Source: Zootoca vivipara | Lineage: Eukaryota | Length of the DNA: 64,000 nt | Direction of reading: 5' to 3' | NCBI RefSeq assembly: GCF_963506605.1 | Contig: NC_083280.1 | Span: forward strand, 84,878,001-84,942,000 | Part shown: positions 14,440 to 26,334 of the stretch, piece by piece | Layout of the letters: each line of letters starts with the position of its first letter | How positions within the stretch are numbered: position 1 is the first letter of the stretch | Made by a program: the position numbers and the translations under genes | The notes under the pieces: model-generated | Seen by the model: the letters and a program-made list of their open reading frames with translations, nothing else | Told to the model about the DNA's origin: nothing | Database searches by the model: none

Positions 14440-15065
14440 AAGCCCGCGCCCCGACAGATAGAACCCGCCACCCCTTTTCTTCGGCTCCCTCGGGAGACGC
14501 AGTAGCTAAGCCTGCGAAGGATAGACTGCTCCCGGCTGTGGAAGCTCCCTTCGGCTCCACACAGCAGCGGTTGCGAAAGGCAGAGCCGGTCGGCCGGCCA
14601 GCGAACGAAACCCGCCTCCGTCGCCTCCCCTTCACACGCCCCTCAGAAGCCGAAACTCCCCTCGCAAGCGCCGAGGCCGAGCCAGCCGGAACCTACCCGC
14701 TCCCTCCTCGCCGGGCGACGCGGCCCCGCTACGTGTCGGTAGGGAGAGGCCGAGGGCTTCGCTTCTTCGGTCGCCGCCGGTGCGTCTTCGCCATCGCACG
14801 GAGGGGTCGCCACTGAGGCTGAGGTGGCTGTGAGCCGGCGGCAGCAGGGACTGCGGAGCAGCTCGACCCTGCCAGGCAACCGACCCACCCACTCACCAAC
14901 CGGTCGCGGCCACGTAGCGGAAAAGGCAGGACCAGGCACTGACGCAGCTTCCGCAAGAAAACAAACAAACGAGGGGAGGAGACGGGGAGCGGAAGTGGGC
15001 GGGGCTGACGGGAGCCACGCCCATGTCCCCACCTCGCCTGCGCGTGCAGGATTCGCGTGCAGCCT
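14440..15065 (-). promoter_or_regulatory. SAMD8: CpG island: SAMD8 promoter and non-coding first exon(s)
   Basis: The most CpG-dense unique stretch in the window. GC box GGGCGGGG and ETS-like GCGGAAGT at ~14988-15004, NRF1-like TGCGCGTGCA at ~15039. Minus-strand donors CGG|GTAGGT (exon end 14697) and TTG|GTGAGT (exon end 14897). Confidence 0.8.
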
Positions 15066-15169
15066 GCAATTATAGTACTGTACATATGTTTGGCTTAAAG
15101 CAATTAATCAGCAGTCTGGTCTGGTGCAATGCATTTTTTTGTATTTGTTTTCTTTATCATCATTATTTT

Positions 15170-15770
15170 ATTTTGACAAAGTAATAATCATAAATAAATA
15201 AGAATAAAAATGTGACCATTCCATTGTAACTATCCAACCTCCCAAAATGTCAACACCTCTTGCGATGGTTTGACCCCTTTCCGTTTTAACTGTACAAGTT
15301 TGACGAACACCCTCTATATCTCTTCCAGATCATTTCTCCTTTGTATTCCCCGTCTTACCTTAATGGCACATGTTACCGTAATTTATCATTAATAACTATA
15401 TCCCACACCTCTTTATAGCATTCTTCCATTTTATATTCTGCTTGCCCCTTTTTTGAATTTGTTTTCTTCTTTTATTTAATAATTAAGAATAAAAATTTGC
15501 ACCCTGCACCTGAGACCATTCCATTGTAACTATCCAGCCTCCCAAAATTTCAACACCTCTTGCAATGGTTTTGCCCCTTTCCGTTTTAACACTACAAATT
15601 CGACAAACACCTTCCAGATCTCCTTGAAATCATTCCTCCTGCATATTCCCTGTCTTACCTTAATCACAGGTGTTAATTTATCATTAATAGCAATATCCGA
15701 CACCTCTTTATACTGTTCTTCCATTTTATATTCTGCTTGCTCCTTCCACTTCCTAGCTATCATAGTTTGT
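15170..15770 (-). mobile_element. Two tandem L1-like LINE 3' fragments
   Basis: Minus-strand ARKWKEQAEYKMEEQYKEVSDIAINDKLT; repeated gaccattccattgtaactatcc blocks; same family as 39140-39605. Confidence 0.75.
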
Positions 15771-15819
15771 GGGGTGCAATGCATCTTTCTGAAGAGCTCA
15801 GCATTAAATCTCAGCACGG

Positions 15820-16230
15820 GATGCCCAAGGCATGATGGAGAACAGCACCAACCAGGAGAAGGTAGAGATGACATTTTACAAGGGCAGGAAGAAACACCAC
15901 AGGCAGAATTAATTGCCCCACACAGGAAGGAGGATATAGTTTGAGTGCCTCACTTGTAGTTCTATAATGCGTCAACACAAATGGAAGTTATTACTATTGC
16001 AGTTGTTGTATAAGGGATTATGATGATGACCGGAATGTAATGGAAATTAATAAGATTTTGGAATGCAGAAAATCAACCATCAATTCTCACATGCGGGTGG
16101 CCACCTAAATAATATAATTAAGTATTTGAATGATTGGTTTTTAGTAATTTTATTATAGGTTGGTGTTGTTATAATGAGGCTTTTATTGGAACGTAATTGA
16201 AAACTAATAAAAATTATTATTAAAAAAATA
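15820..16230 (+). mobile_element. LINE 3' end fragment (same family as 37301-37716)
   Basis: Shares aaggcatgatggagaacagca...gatatagtttgagtg...aataaaaa with 37360-37716. Confidence 0.65.
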
Positions 16231-16709
16231 ACGATCTCAGGACAGGGTGTTGGACTAGATGGGCCCCTGGCTTATTCCAGCAAGCTCTTCTTAGGTTCTG
16301 AATATTCATTCATTCTTCTTCTTCTTTTACTACTACTACTATTTCTACTTCTTCTTCTAATGGATATCGTCCTTTGCAAAAAGAAAGAAAAAAGCTTCAT
16401 CTTATGCTCTGTAAAGCCCACCTAAGACTTGCAAAATCTTCTTTTCTTGCACTGCTGCTCAGCTTGCCCGTCCAATCCATGGCAATAATGTCTGAATGAA
16501 GAGTGCTTGATTGAGAGGGAATTAAAAGCTCCTGTGCAAGAGAACGCATGAGACTGGAGAGATAATCTCTGGCAGAAATCATGCTTCAGTGTATTTCCTT
16601 TTCTGTTCAGCAGATTTTGCCTTCAGCTACAATGACCATTGCTGAAGGACTGTTTGCTTTCAGGGGGCGCAAAAATGCCCGCCCTTGATTTAACAGGTTG
16701 CATGCTTTA

Positions 16710-16834
16710 CTGCTGCCCAGCACCTGTCCAATAAATTCAAAATGACAAGCGCACAGGCTGAGAGAGCACATTAAACAAGCAAGCCTGGACCACTTTCTCA
16801 GGTTTCAGAGGGAACAGTTGCTACTTTAATAAGG
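16710..16834 (+). promoter_or_regulatory. Proximal promoter/5'UTR of DUSP13A copy 1 (identical in copy 2 at 23898-24022)
   Basis: E-box CACCTG and AT-rich AATAAATT upstream of the ATG; perfectly conserved between the duplicates. Confidence 0.5.
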
Positions 16835-16995
16835 ATGGCTGAAGAGTGTGCCTCACTCCCCAAAGACCCTGAATGTTCTGGAACATCCACAGCTGAGACC
16901 CCCACTGTTAAAGATCTAGAACAGCTCCTGAATACTGGGAGGTCTTCCTGTAACCATGTTGATGAAGTATGGCCTAACCTTTTCTTAGGAGACCA
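16835..16995 (+). CDS. DUSP13A: DUSP13A/MDSP-like copy 1, exon 1
   Basis: aggATGg start; [53 protein letters not shown]; donor CA|gtaagt (phase 2). Matches the recalled MDSP N-terminus ([27 protein letters not shown]). Not in the ORF track because it is short. Confidence 0.92.
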
Positions 16996-18489
16996 GTAAG
17001 TATATCTCTGTGGAACAGCTCAGCATTTTTTTGGCAGTCCTTAAGAGCTACCCCGACATAACTATTGCAGCCAAGTCAATGCACCTTCCAAGGAATGTGT
17101 CATTCTGTGATCTGATTGGGTCCAGCACCTTGTTATGCATGACTACCCCTCATTTAAACCAATTGGTCATTCTGACACGTAACTGGTGGTAGGATTGCAC
17201 ATAATCGTGGCTTCTTTGAGAAGACAGTCTTGCAATTAATTGTTACGCAGCCCTAAATTTACAGTATGTACTTTACAGTATGTACCCGGTACTTTATTTT
17301 ATGTGCATTCAGAATGCCACACAGAATCTGGAACAAAATGTTGGATTCCTCAGTGCATCACCTTTCTTCCCACCACCTATTCCTTTAAAAAAAAAAAAGC
17401 AATTTCTAGCCCTCACAGTTGCGGCAACACATGGCTGAAGACCATGCAGTTGGTATATGAAAAAGGCAAAAGAGTTCAGTCAGTGTGGCTTCCATCCCCT
17501 TCAGAGAGACCTAGTCCTCCCTTGTAGCTTCCCATTACCTTTCCCTGACTGCTTCGGTTGCTTTAATTGTCTAGCTCTGTTTCCAGTGTAAACACACTTC
17601 TAGAGTTGTTTATTCATTCTCAGTAACCAATTATCCGTCCCATTGCCGGTGAGGCTGAGTCCAAGATCACCCATTGAGTTTGATGGTTGAGTGGAGATTT
17701 GAACCATGGTCTCCCAGGTCTTAGCTGGGTACCCTAGCCATGACACCACAGTTGCTCCCAAGTCCATGGATGTGCTGAACTGATTCAGTGCCTAACGTAG
17801 GGTTGGAATATCACTTGTAGTTTAATGGTGAACTTTGGACACAATGGAGAGGTAAAAGATTTGGACTATCATAAAAGATGCAGGAGGAAATGATTAATAA
17901 CAGGACCCACAAAGCAGAGGACGGAAGTCCAGGAGATTCCTTGGAATCTTGTTTTTATGTTGTATGTTGGACTGTAAAAATTTAATCTGAAAAACAAAAT
18001 AAATAAAAAAGATTCAGCGCCTAACACTGCAACATGGGGGTTTCCAACAAAGCTGAATGTTCAAATATCGAGGACAGGCAAAATGAAGCCCTTCGCTGCA
18101 CAGCACAAAGTTAGATTTTGGAATCTGCTCTCACAGTGACGGCATCAACTTAGATGGCTTCAGAAGACAATCAGACAAATTCATGGAGGAGAAGGCTATC
18201 AATGGCTACTGTGTTGTGCCATCAGTCTGAGACAGTATGATTCCGAATACCAATTGCTAGAACAGCATGTTGTACTAGATGGGCGACTAGCTTATTCCAG
18301 CAGGCTCTTTTTATGTTCTGAATATTCATTCATTAAATCTTACTGAAATATTTATTCCTTAACGTGGGCTATTTTCTTCATAGAATGTGCGTGGACCCGG
18401 ACCACAAGTTAGAGGGGAAAGCCTGAAAGGAAAATGGGACTCTTCTCGTATCTGCCTGCCTCTCACTTTCTGTTTTGTCTTTTCTTCAG

Positions 18490-18707
18490 TGTTACGGCAC
18501 ACAGCCGATTTGGTTTATGGAAAATGGGCATTAGCCATGTTCTAAATGCTGCACACGGCAAAATATTTTGCCACGAATCCCATGATTTTTACGGCACAAC
18601 GATCGAATACTATGGTGTACCGGCCGATGACCTTCCTGATTTTGATATGACTCCATATTTTTACCCCGCGGCAGAATTTATACACAAAGCCTTGACCACA
18701 CCAGGAG
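18490..18707 (+). CDS. DUSP13A: DUSP13A-like copy 1, exon 2 (general-acid loop)
   Basis: ttcttcag|T...G|gtaggg, 218 nt; VTAHSRFGLWKMGISHVLNAAHGKIFCHESHDFYG...GVPADDLPDFDMTPYFYPAAEFIHKALTTPG. Confidence 0.93.
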
Positions 18708-20092
18708 GTAGGGAATCAACATGCATCACAAATGTTCATATTATGTCGTGTTGTGTTGGGATTTTGGCACTTCACTGCCATTTCTTTCTGGAGAGCTGGA
18801 GATTTTCAGCTCTGGTGTTGCTGTTGAGTTTGCACTTTATAGTCTCATGGACTTAAATAGCAGATATTTAAGGTCATGTTTAACTCTCCCAGAGCAATAA
18901 GTAAACAGTTACCCCATTCAGGACCAGGGAGTCCTCCACACCCACCCGCCCCCTGTCCCCCCAAAACAGTACTTCTGTCTTGTCACGATTCAACCTCAAT
19001 GTATTTGTGCCGGACTTTGGCGGTTCTTACTCAGCATTTCCATATCAGCTGCAACAGATAGCATCCCTCTCCTGTTTCTTCATTTACCATCAACTGCAAC
19101 AGTACTATCCAATTGATTCTCCCAGCTCATAGGACTCCCAAACGAGATTATGGCTGCAGTGCTTGGGAGGCTTGGGCTCCAATCCTAACCCATTTTACCC
19201 AGTAGTAAGTAAGTGAATTCAATGCTGGTTATGCCCAGATAAGTGGGGTAATGATTGCAACCTTTACCCCAGGCCAGTTTTGTTTTGTTTTTAATAAAAA
19301 AAAAGTATTGACCAAGAAAAACAGACAATACACACAAAGAAAACAAACAAACAGCAACAGGCTAATAAAAGTTCGACACAAGGAGATTTTGATAATCAAA
19401 AGAAACATAACAAATATATTAAAGCTACAAATATAAATGAAAGTAACGCAAGCTAAAAAAGAACTTTGTAAGATAAGTGATGTGTAGTGACTGGGAAGTT
19501 AACTTTTTTAATAGAATCAGTTGTATATTGGAATCAGTTGTATACTAAGATCTATACAAACATTGTATCTTTTTTTTCTTTTATGGTGTTGTATTTTAAT
19601 GAATTCAAATAAAGATCTTTTTAAAAAAATTTAAAAAAAGATACATAACAAATCAAGGAGCGAATGAAATGGGTACAATTATAAAATTATAAATGGGGTA
19701 TAAAACACATATTAGGTTGTGCAATAAAAGAGAAAGAAAAAAAGAGGTTTTGCCTGTTTATAGACACTGCCAAACGAAACCATCTTTTGTAGAAATTCAC
19801 CTGTGTTTTACCTTGTGTGTTTGTTTTGCGAGTGTGGATTAAGACCAAGCAGATCTCAAGTAACCAAAACTTCACACAAACTGTGTAGAGCCCCACAATT
19901 TAGGTATAAATGAGAATAAGCTGCCTAATTGGAGACTAAACTTATTCAGTATTACTGTACCTGCTGGGATTAGATGCAACAATTGCTAAAAGTACTTGTT
20001 TAGGAAACATTTGAATTCTCTTTCTTTGGTAGTTTAAAATGCCACCTTTAAAGAGGCTTTAAAAAACAACAACACGTTTCCTTCATTTGCAG

Positions 20093-20316
20093 CTAAAATC
20101 TTCGTGCACTGCGCAGTGGGGATAAGCCGGTCGTCTTCGTTGGTGCTGGCGTATCTCATGATTTACCATCACTTCTCTTTGGTTAAAGCCATTCAGGCAG
20201 TGAAAGAACATCGGTGGATTTTCCCCAATCAAGGGTTTCTGAAGCAACTGAGAAATTTGGACATTCAGCTAAACAAATGCAGCACTAAGCAAGAGAGCAA
20301 GGAAACAAATGCCTGA
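20093..20316 (+). CDS. DUSP13A: DUSP13A-like copy 1, exon 3 (HCxxGxSR active site); full protein 200 aa
   Basis: tttgcag|CT; [24 protein letters not shown]...[35 protein letters not shown]; ATTAAA at 20367. Confidence 0.93.
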
Positions 20317-20406
20317 TGATCAGGAAAGCAGGTTATTTTCAAGCTTCAGTGTCATGGAATGTTTTCATTAAAGTGTGTTCTTCGTTATCTTTTTCTATCA
20401 TCATCA

Positions 20407-20407
<1 letters not shown>

Positions 20408-20451
<44 letters not shown>

Positions 20452-20757
20452 TTTTATGTATACCCTGCCCATCTGGCTGGGTTTCCCCAGCCACTCTGGG
20501 CGGCATTCCACAGAAAAATAAAATAATCGATTAAACATTAAAAGCCTCCCTAAACAGGGCTGCCTTCAGATGTCTGGTAGCTGTTTTTCTCTTTGACATC
20601 TGATGGGAGAGCATTCCACAGGGCGGGCGCCACTACCGAGAAGGCCCTCTGCCTGGTTCCCTGCAACTTGGCTTCTCGCAGCGAGGGAACCGCCAGAAGG
20701 CCCTCGGTACTGGACCTCAGTGTCCAGGCAGAACGATGGGGGTGGAGACGCTCCTTC
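20408..20757 (-). mobile_element. L2-like LINE 3' end with (AAT)n tail
   Basis: (AAT)n followed by ccctgcccatctggctgggtttcccc...acagggctgccttcagatgtc...ggggtggagacgctccttc. Confidence 0.8.
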
Positions 20758-21228
20758 TGTCTGTGCTCTCTCCTCTTATATATATAAGATTTTCTATGGT
20801 ATGATGAAATAAAAATATGCCGGTGGGGGGGGGGAGAACCCCTGGACGGTTAAGTCCAGTCAAAGGCAACTATAGGGTTGCTGGGAGCCAATGTAGTTCT
20901 TTCTGGACGGTATTAGATGGTCTCGGCAGCCGCTCCCAGTCACCAGTCTACCTGCTGCATTCTGGATTACGGTAATTGTAGTTTCTGGGTCACCTTCAAA
21001 GGTAGCCCCACGTAGAGCACATTACAGTAGTCCAATCAGCTGACTGGCGCTGGGAGCTTACCTTCAAATGCACCTGGTTCTAAGTCAGCATCCTGCTTTG
21101 AACAGTGGTCAGCCTAATGCTTCTGGGAAGTACAGAACTGGGCCCTGAAGGGAACAGCCTTCTCCCACTTGCGGTACCCAACAACTAGTCTTCAGAAGTA
21201 AACTTTATCTGTGGGGATTCCACTAAGC

Positions 21229-21481
21229 AAGAAGTCAGCAACCTTTTTCAGCCGTGGGCCAGTCCACCGTCCCTCAGAGCATGTGGTGGGTCGGACTATA
21301 TTTTTTTGGGGGGGGGGATGAACGAAGTCCTATGCCCTACAAATAACCCAGAGATGCATTTTAAATAAAAGGACACATTCTACTCATGTAAAAACACACT
21401 GATTCCCAGACTGTCCATGGGCTGGATTGAGAAGGCGACTGGGCCGCATCCGGCCCACGGGCTTTAGGTTGCCTACCCCTG
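21229..21481. mobile_element. hAT MITE
   Basis: 8-bp TSD CACTAAGC; same family as 61353-61603. Confidence 0.85.
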
Positions 21482-22370
21482 CACTAAGCTATCGTGGCTT
21501 AGAGTTATAGATAGACCTATCCTCCAAGATGTACGAGTTGTCTCATATTTAGGCAGCATGGTAATGGGTTATTACCCCTTTTATTTCAGAGTATGTGACA
21601 TTAAATCCTTCGTTCTACAACTTGATCAGCCATTGTTGTGCTGAAGTCACAAATTCATCAGTTTAAAAATAAAGAAATGTATGGTATCTGAGGGAGATAT
21701 TTGTATTGAAAGTGTTGCTGTATTGAGCTATTTTTTAAAAAAAACAACAACACCACCAGCAAATGCTCTTAAAACATATTGCTTTTCTGCAATTTAACCT
21801 TGAATGTGTCAACCACACCTTTGGACCTTGTTGAAATCTTACTCTCTTCTGAAATCAAATTCCCCCAACCTGCTCTAAAATATGAAATAGTGCACCTGCA
21901 TTTTAACTTGTCGGCTCAGGTGGATTCACTGATGAGCAATATAATATCAGCAAGCACAGCAGGAGTGTAGAACCCTTAATAAATAACGGTTTTGCTGCTT
22001 GTGTTGCTCAAAATCCGTAATCCAGCTAGGAGAAGAAGTGATCTTCGGAAGCATCATAATCCACTTACTGTTCTGCCTCGCCATTACCATGTCTTTCAGA
22101 ATCTCCTGGTCCATATGTCAATACTCAGTTCTACAATCTGGAATCAGATTTTACTTTTTGTGCATAAGGCATATAAAACTCATTGCACCTTGCACGTTCT
22201 TTCTAATCCACGATCCTTGTGTTGCTCAGCTTGGCAGCCAAGGGTCCAAAGGGAAAAAACTAAAAAAAAAAGCCCGTTCAATCCATGGCAATAATGTCTG
22301 AATGAAGAGTGCTTGATTGAGAGGCGGAGTTCCTGTGCAAGAGAATGCATGAGACTGGAGATATCATCTC

Positions 22371-23758
22371 ATATATTGTTAAATTTTCTGTTTTACAATT
22401 TAAAAAACTCTTTTTACATACTTAAGATATCAATGACTTCCCTTCTTTTTCCATGGTTCATTTTACATATCATAAATCCCTGCATGTTTTACAAAAAATA
22501 TACCAATCAGTATTCCATTATTGCATCCATCAAAACTTAATTACACTGTTGAATTTATCTTAATGCTGCCAGCATTTTCAGCTTAATGCAATTATTCCCC
22601 ATATTCAATAAACGTTTTCCAATCTTCTTTAAATGTATGTTCTTCTTATTCTCTTATTCTATATGTTAAGTCTACAAGCTGTGCATATTATGTCAACTTA
22701 AGTTGCCATTCTTCTTTGGTTGGTACCTCACTCGTTTTTCCATTTTTGGGCTAACAAAACACGGGCCGTAGTGAAGAGAAGGCTTTGCTAATTGTATTAT
22801 TGAGCCAAATCTAATCATATAGTTTCCTATTCCACTGATGCCTTATTTCTTAAAATGCTTTTCAGTGCCTCTGCATCTCTGCAGCAAAGTGTGTCAAAGT
22901 GCAAAGCAAAAGGAACAGGATGCCCAGCTCAAGGCCGGATGATGGCTGGCTTTGTCTGACGCTATCAGTCTGACGTGCAGAACAGGCAAGATAAGTCAAG
23001 GCTGCCTGAGGATGCTACTAGGGCAGCATGAGTCAGCATGTGTACGCACATGGCGTAATGTGTTTATGACTGGACACAGGAAGATCCATATATGGACTTG
23101 TGACCCCCTTGCGTGCGCACATTTACAGAGCCCAAGAAGTGTATAAGAAGCTTTGCAATTTGTGCTTCTTTACTCCTGTCGTGAGCTTGACCACCAGGAG
23201 TCTCTTAAATTTAAGAATTAAATTCTTTCTCTGGAACTCAACCCCGGTATCGTTTTGACTATCTTTGTCCTTGCCTGGGCGCAACTTAAAGGACCCTTAG
23301 TAGGTGATAAGGCTACAGTAGTAGCAGCATACATAAATAACCTTTTTTGACACCTGGGAATTTCAGGCTGAATTATCCCCAACAAAAAGGACTCTGGTTT
23401 TTTTGGGAAAGTACTTCTGAACATTTCCCCCCCCCCAATTCATTATGGATCATTTCCCAATATTCTTTTACCCTTTTACAAGCCCACCACATATGAAAGA
23501 ACGTTCCCACCATCTCTTTGCATCCCCAGCACTTATCTGATTCAGTCTTATACATCTAAGCAAACCTACTCAGAGGCAAGTGCCAACTGTAAATCATTTT
23601 CAAGTAGTTCTCCTCTGAAGAACAATATGCTGTTGCGCACTGTAAACTTAAAAGTTGCTTTTCCAGAGTTTTTCCCGGAGGTTAAAATCTAGATTGTGTC
23701 CTATATCTATTGCCCATTGTGTCATTAAGGCTTTAACAAGCTCGTCTTTTGTTTCCCA
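22371..23758 (-). mobile_element. 5'-truncated L1-like LINE upstream of DUSP13A copy 2 (interrupted by a solo LTR)
   Basis: Cys-rich ORF2 C-terminus CWGCKEMVGTFFHMWWAC; 19-bp TSD AGACTGGAGATA(T/G)CATCTC at 22352-22370 and 23759-23777; empty site in copy 1 (~16551). Confidence 0.9.
22772..23317 (+). mobile_element. Solo LTR nested in the L1
   Basis: TG...CA termini, 4-bp TSD GTAG, TATAAG at 23142 and ATTAAA at 23217. Removing it restores the L1 frame FMYAATTARVLLAQKWK. Confidence 0.85.
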
Positions 23759-24022
23759 AGACTGGAGATAGCATCTCTGGCAGAAACCATGTTCCTGTGT
23801 GTGCGACGGTGGCCATTGCTGAATGACTGTTTGCCTTCAGGGTGTGCAAAAATGGCACCTCCTTTCCAAGCTTTGATTTAACAGGTTGCATGGTTTGCTG
23901 CTGCCCAGCACCTGTCCAATAAATTCAAAATGACAAGCGCACAGGCTGAGAGAGCACATTAAACAAGCAAGCCTGGACCACTTTCTCAGGTTTCAGAGGG
24001 AACAGTTGCTACTTTAATAAGG

Positions 24023-24183
24023 ATGGCTGAAGAGTGTGTCTCACTCCCCAAAGACGCTGAGTGTTCTGGAACATCCACAGCTCAGACCCCCACTGTTAAA
24101 GATCTAGAACAGCTCCTGAATACTGGAAGGCCTTCCTGTAACCATGCTGATGAAGTATGGCCTAACCTTTTCTTAGGAGATCT
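24023..24183 (+). CDS. DUSP13A-like copy 2 (tandem duplicate), exon 1
   Basis: [53 protein letters not shown]; donor CT|gtaagt; 161 nt, same as copy 1. Confidence 0.9.
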
Positions 24184-26116
24184 GTAAGTATACGTCCGTG
24201 GAACGGCTCAGCATTTTTTTGGCAGTCCTGATGAGCTCCCCCAACGTAACTACTGTGGCCAAGTCAATGCTCCTTCCAAGGAATGTGTCATTCTGTGATC
24301 TGGTTGGGTCTAGTACCTTGTTATGCATGACTGTACCGCATTTAAACCAACGGGGCTTTCTGACACGTGACTGGAGGAAATTGCACCTTAACATATTATC
24401 TGATTTTTGCAAGGCAGTGTTGCAATTAATTGTTAAGGAGCCCGAAGCAGTTTATCTTTTTTATTTTGTGCATTCAGAATGCCACACAGAATCTGGAACA
24501 AAATGTTGGATTCTTGAATATATCATCTTATTTTTTCTTTTAAAAAGCCATTTCTAGCCCTCACAGTTGCAGAGACACATGGCTGAAGGCTACAGAGTTC
24601 AGTCGGTGTGGCTTCCGTACCCTTTAGAGCAGTGCTTTTTTCTGGGGGTATGCATACCCCTAAACATTTTGTGAATCTAAGTTTGGCCTCATTGAGGAGC
24701 AGTATTTCAATATGAGGAGGAAAATGAGAGTACTCCTAAACATTTTTTTAAAATAGAAAAAAAGCTTTAGAGAGACCCAGTCCTCCCTTGTAGCTTCTCA
24801 TTGCCTTTCCCTGGCTGTTTGGGTCGTTTCAATTGCCTCGCTCTAACTCCAGCGTAAACCCATGTCTAGACTTGTTTATTCATTTCCAGGCTTTATAGAT
24901 CTGTCCAGTTCTGGTGAGGCTGAGCCCACAGACGTTTAGGGAATAAGCAAGCCCAGCGAGCATTCTCAGGCTGATGGTATCCAGGCAGGGATGACAGGGT
25001 TTCTGTCCAAGGTCAGGAACCATGAACTGGCAAACAAGGGCAAAAGACATGGAAAGATCACTGGGAGCAAACCAGCTATTTCAACAGATTCCTTGGTCTT
25101 TTTTTTAGTCCATGGACCTGCCCACCTCCTCCTGGCTCCACCTGCTTCCCAGGGACCATAGCAATTTAAAGGGACTGTCCTGCAGCCTGGAATCTAGCAT
25201 GCCACCATCTCGCTTCTATTCTCTGTTGGCTGCGTTGTCCGTTGTTATGATCTTGGGGAGTAGGAGGCCCTACCGTCTCAAGGGAAATTGGCTCAGGGGA
25301 TTCTGTACTAGGGTCTCATTTAAATATTACATTTATACCCTGCTTCTCTTCCAAGGGACTCAAGATGGCCTACACAATACTTCCCACTCCCCATTTTATC
25401 CTCCCAATAAACCAGTGGGGCAGGTTAAGGCTGAGAATTGGTGAATGGCCAAACTCACCCAGTAGGCTACATGACTGAGTGGGGATTTGAACCCTGGTCT
25501 CCCAGGTCCTAGCCTGACCCTCTAACCACTAGACCACACTGGCTCCCAAGTCCATTGATGCACTTAATGGATTTAGTGCCTAACCCTAAAACTCAGGGAC
25601 ATCTAAGGAAGCCAGATGATGGAAGATTCAGGACAAACAAAGTACTTCTTCATATAAGACATTAAATTATGGGATCTGCTCCCACAAATAGCAGTGATAG
25701 CCACACCCTTGGATGGCTTTCAAAGAGAATTGGGCAAATTCATGGAGGACAAGGCTATCAATGGCTGCTGACCCTGATGGCTATGTTCTCCCATCCCTGT
25801 CTGAGGCAGTATGATTCTGAATACCAATTACTGGAAACCACAGGAGGGGAGAATGAAGTTGAGCTCAGATCCTGCTTCGTGCTTCCCAGAGACATCTAAG
25901 TGGCCAGCATGTTGGACTAGATGGACCATTGACTTATTCCAGAATGTTCATTCATTACATCATAATTGAATTTTCTGTTCCCTAACACGGGATATTTTCT
26001 CCATACCATGAGTGGATCTGAGCCACAAATCAGAGGGAGAAGCCTGAAAGGAAAATGGGATTCTTCTCCTACCTGTTAGTCTGTCTCTCACTTTCTGTTT
26101 CATTCTTTTTCTTCAG

Positions 26117-26334
26117 TGTTATGGCTCACAACAGATTTGGTTTGTGGAAAATGGGCATCAGCCATGTTTTAAACGCTACACACGGCAAAATATTTTCCCA
26201 AGGATCCCACGAGTTTTATGGCACAACGATCGAATACTATGGTGTACCAGCCTTTGACCTTCCCGATTTTGATATGACTCCATATTTTTACCCTGCTGCA
26301 GAATTCATACACAAAGCCTTGACCACACCAGGAG
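26117..26334 (+). CDS. DUSP13A-like copy 2, exon 2
   Basis: cttcag|T...G|gtaggg, 218 nt; VMAHNRFGLWKMGISHVLNATHGKIFSQGSHEFYG...GVPAFDLPDFDMTPYFYPAAEFIHKALTTPG. Confidence 0.92.

Noticed and set aside
14369-15085. Several overlapping 83-129 aa ORFs
   Set aside because: GC-rich CpG island with few stop codons; low-complexity Arg/Pro/Ala translations with no recognisable domain.
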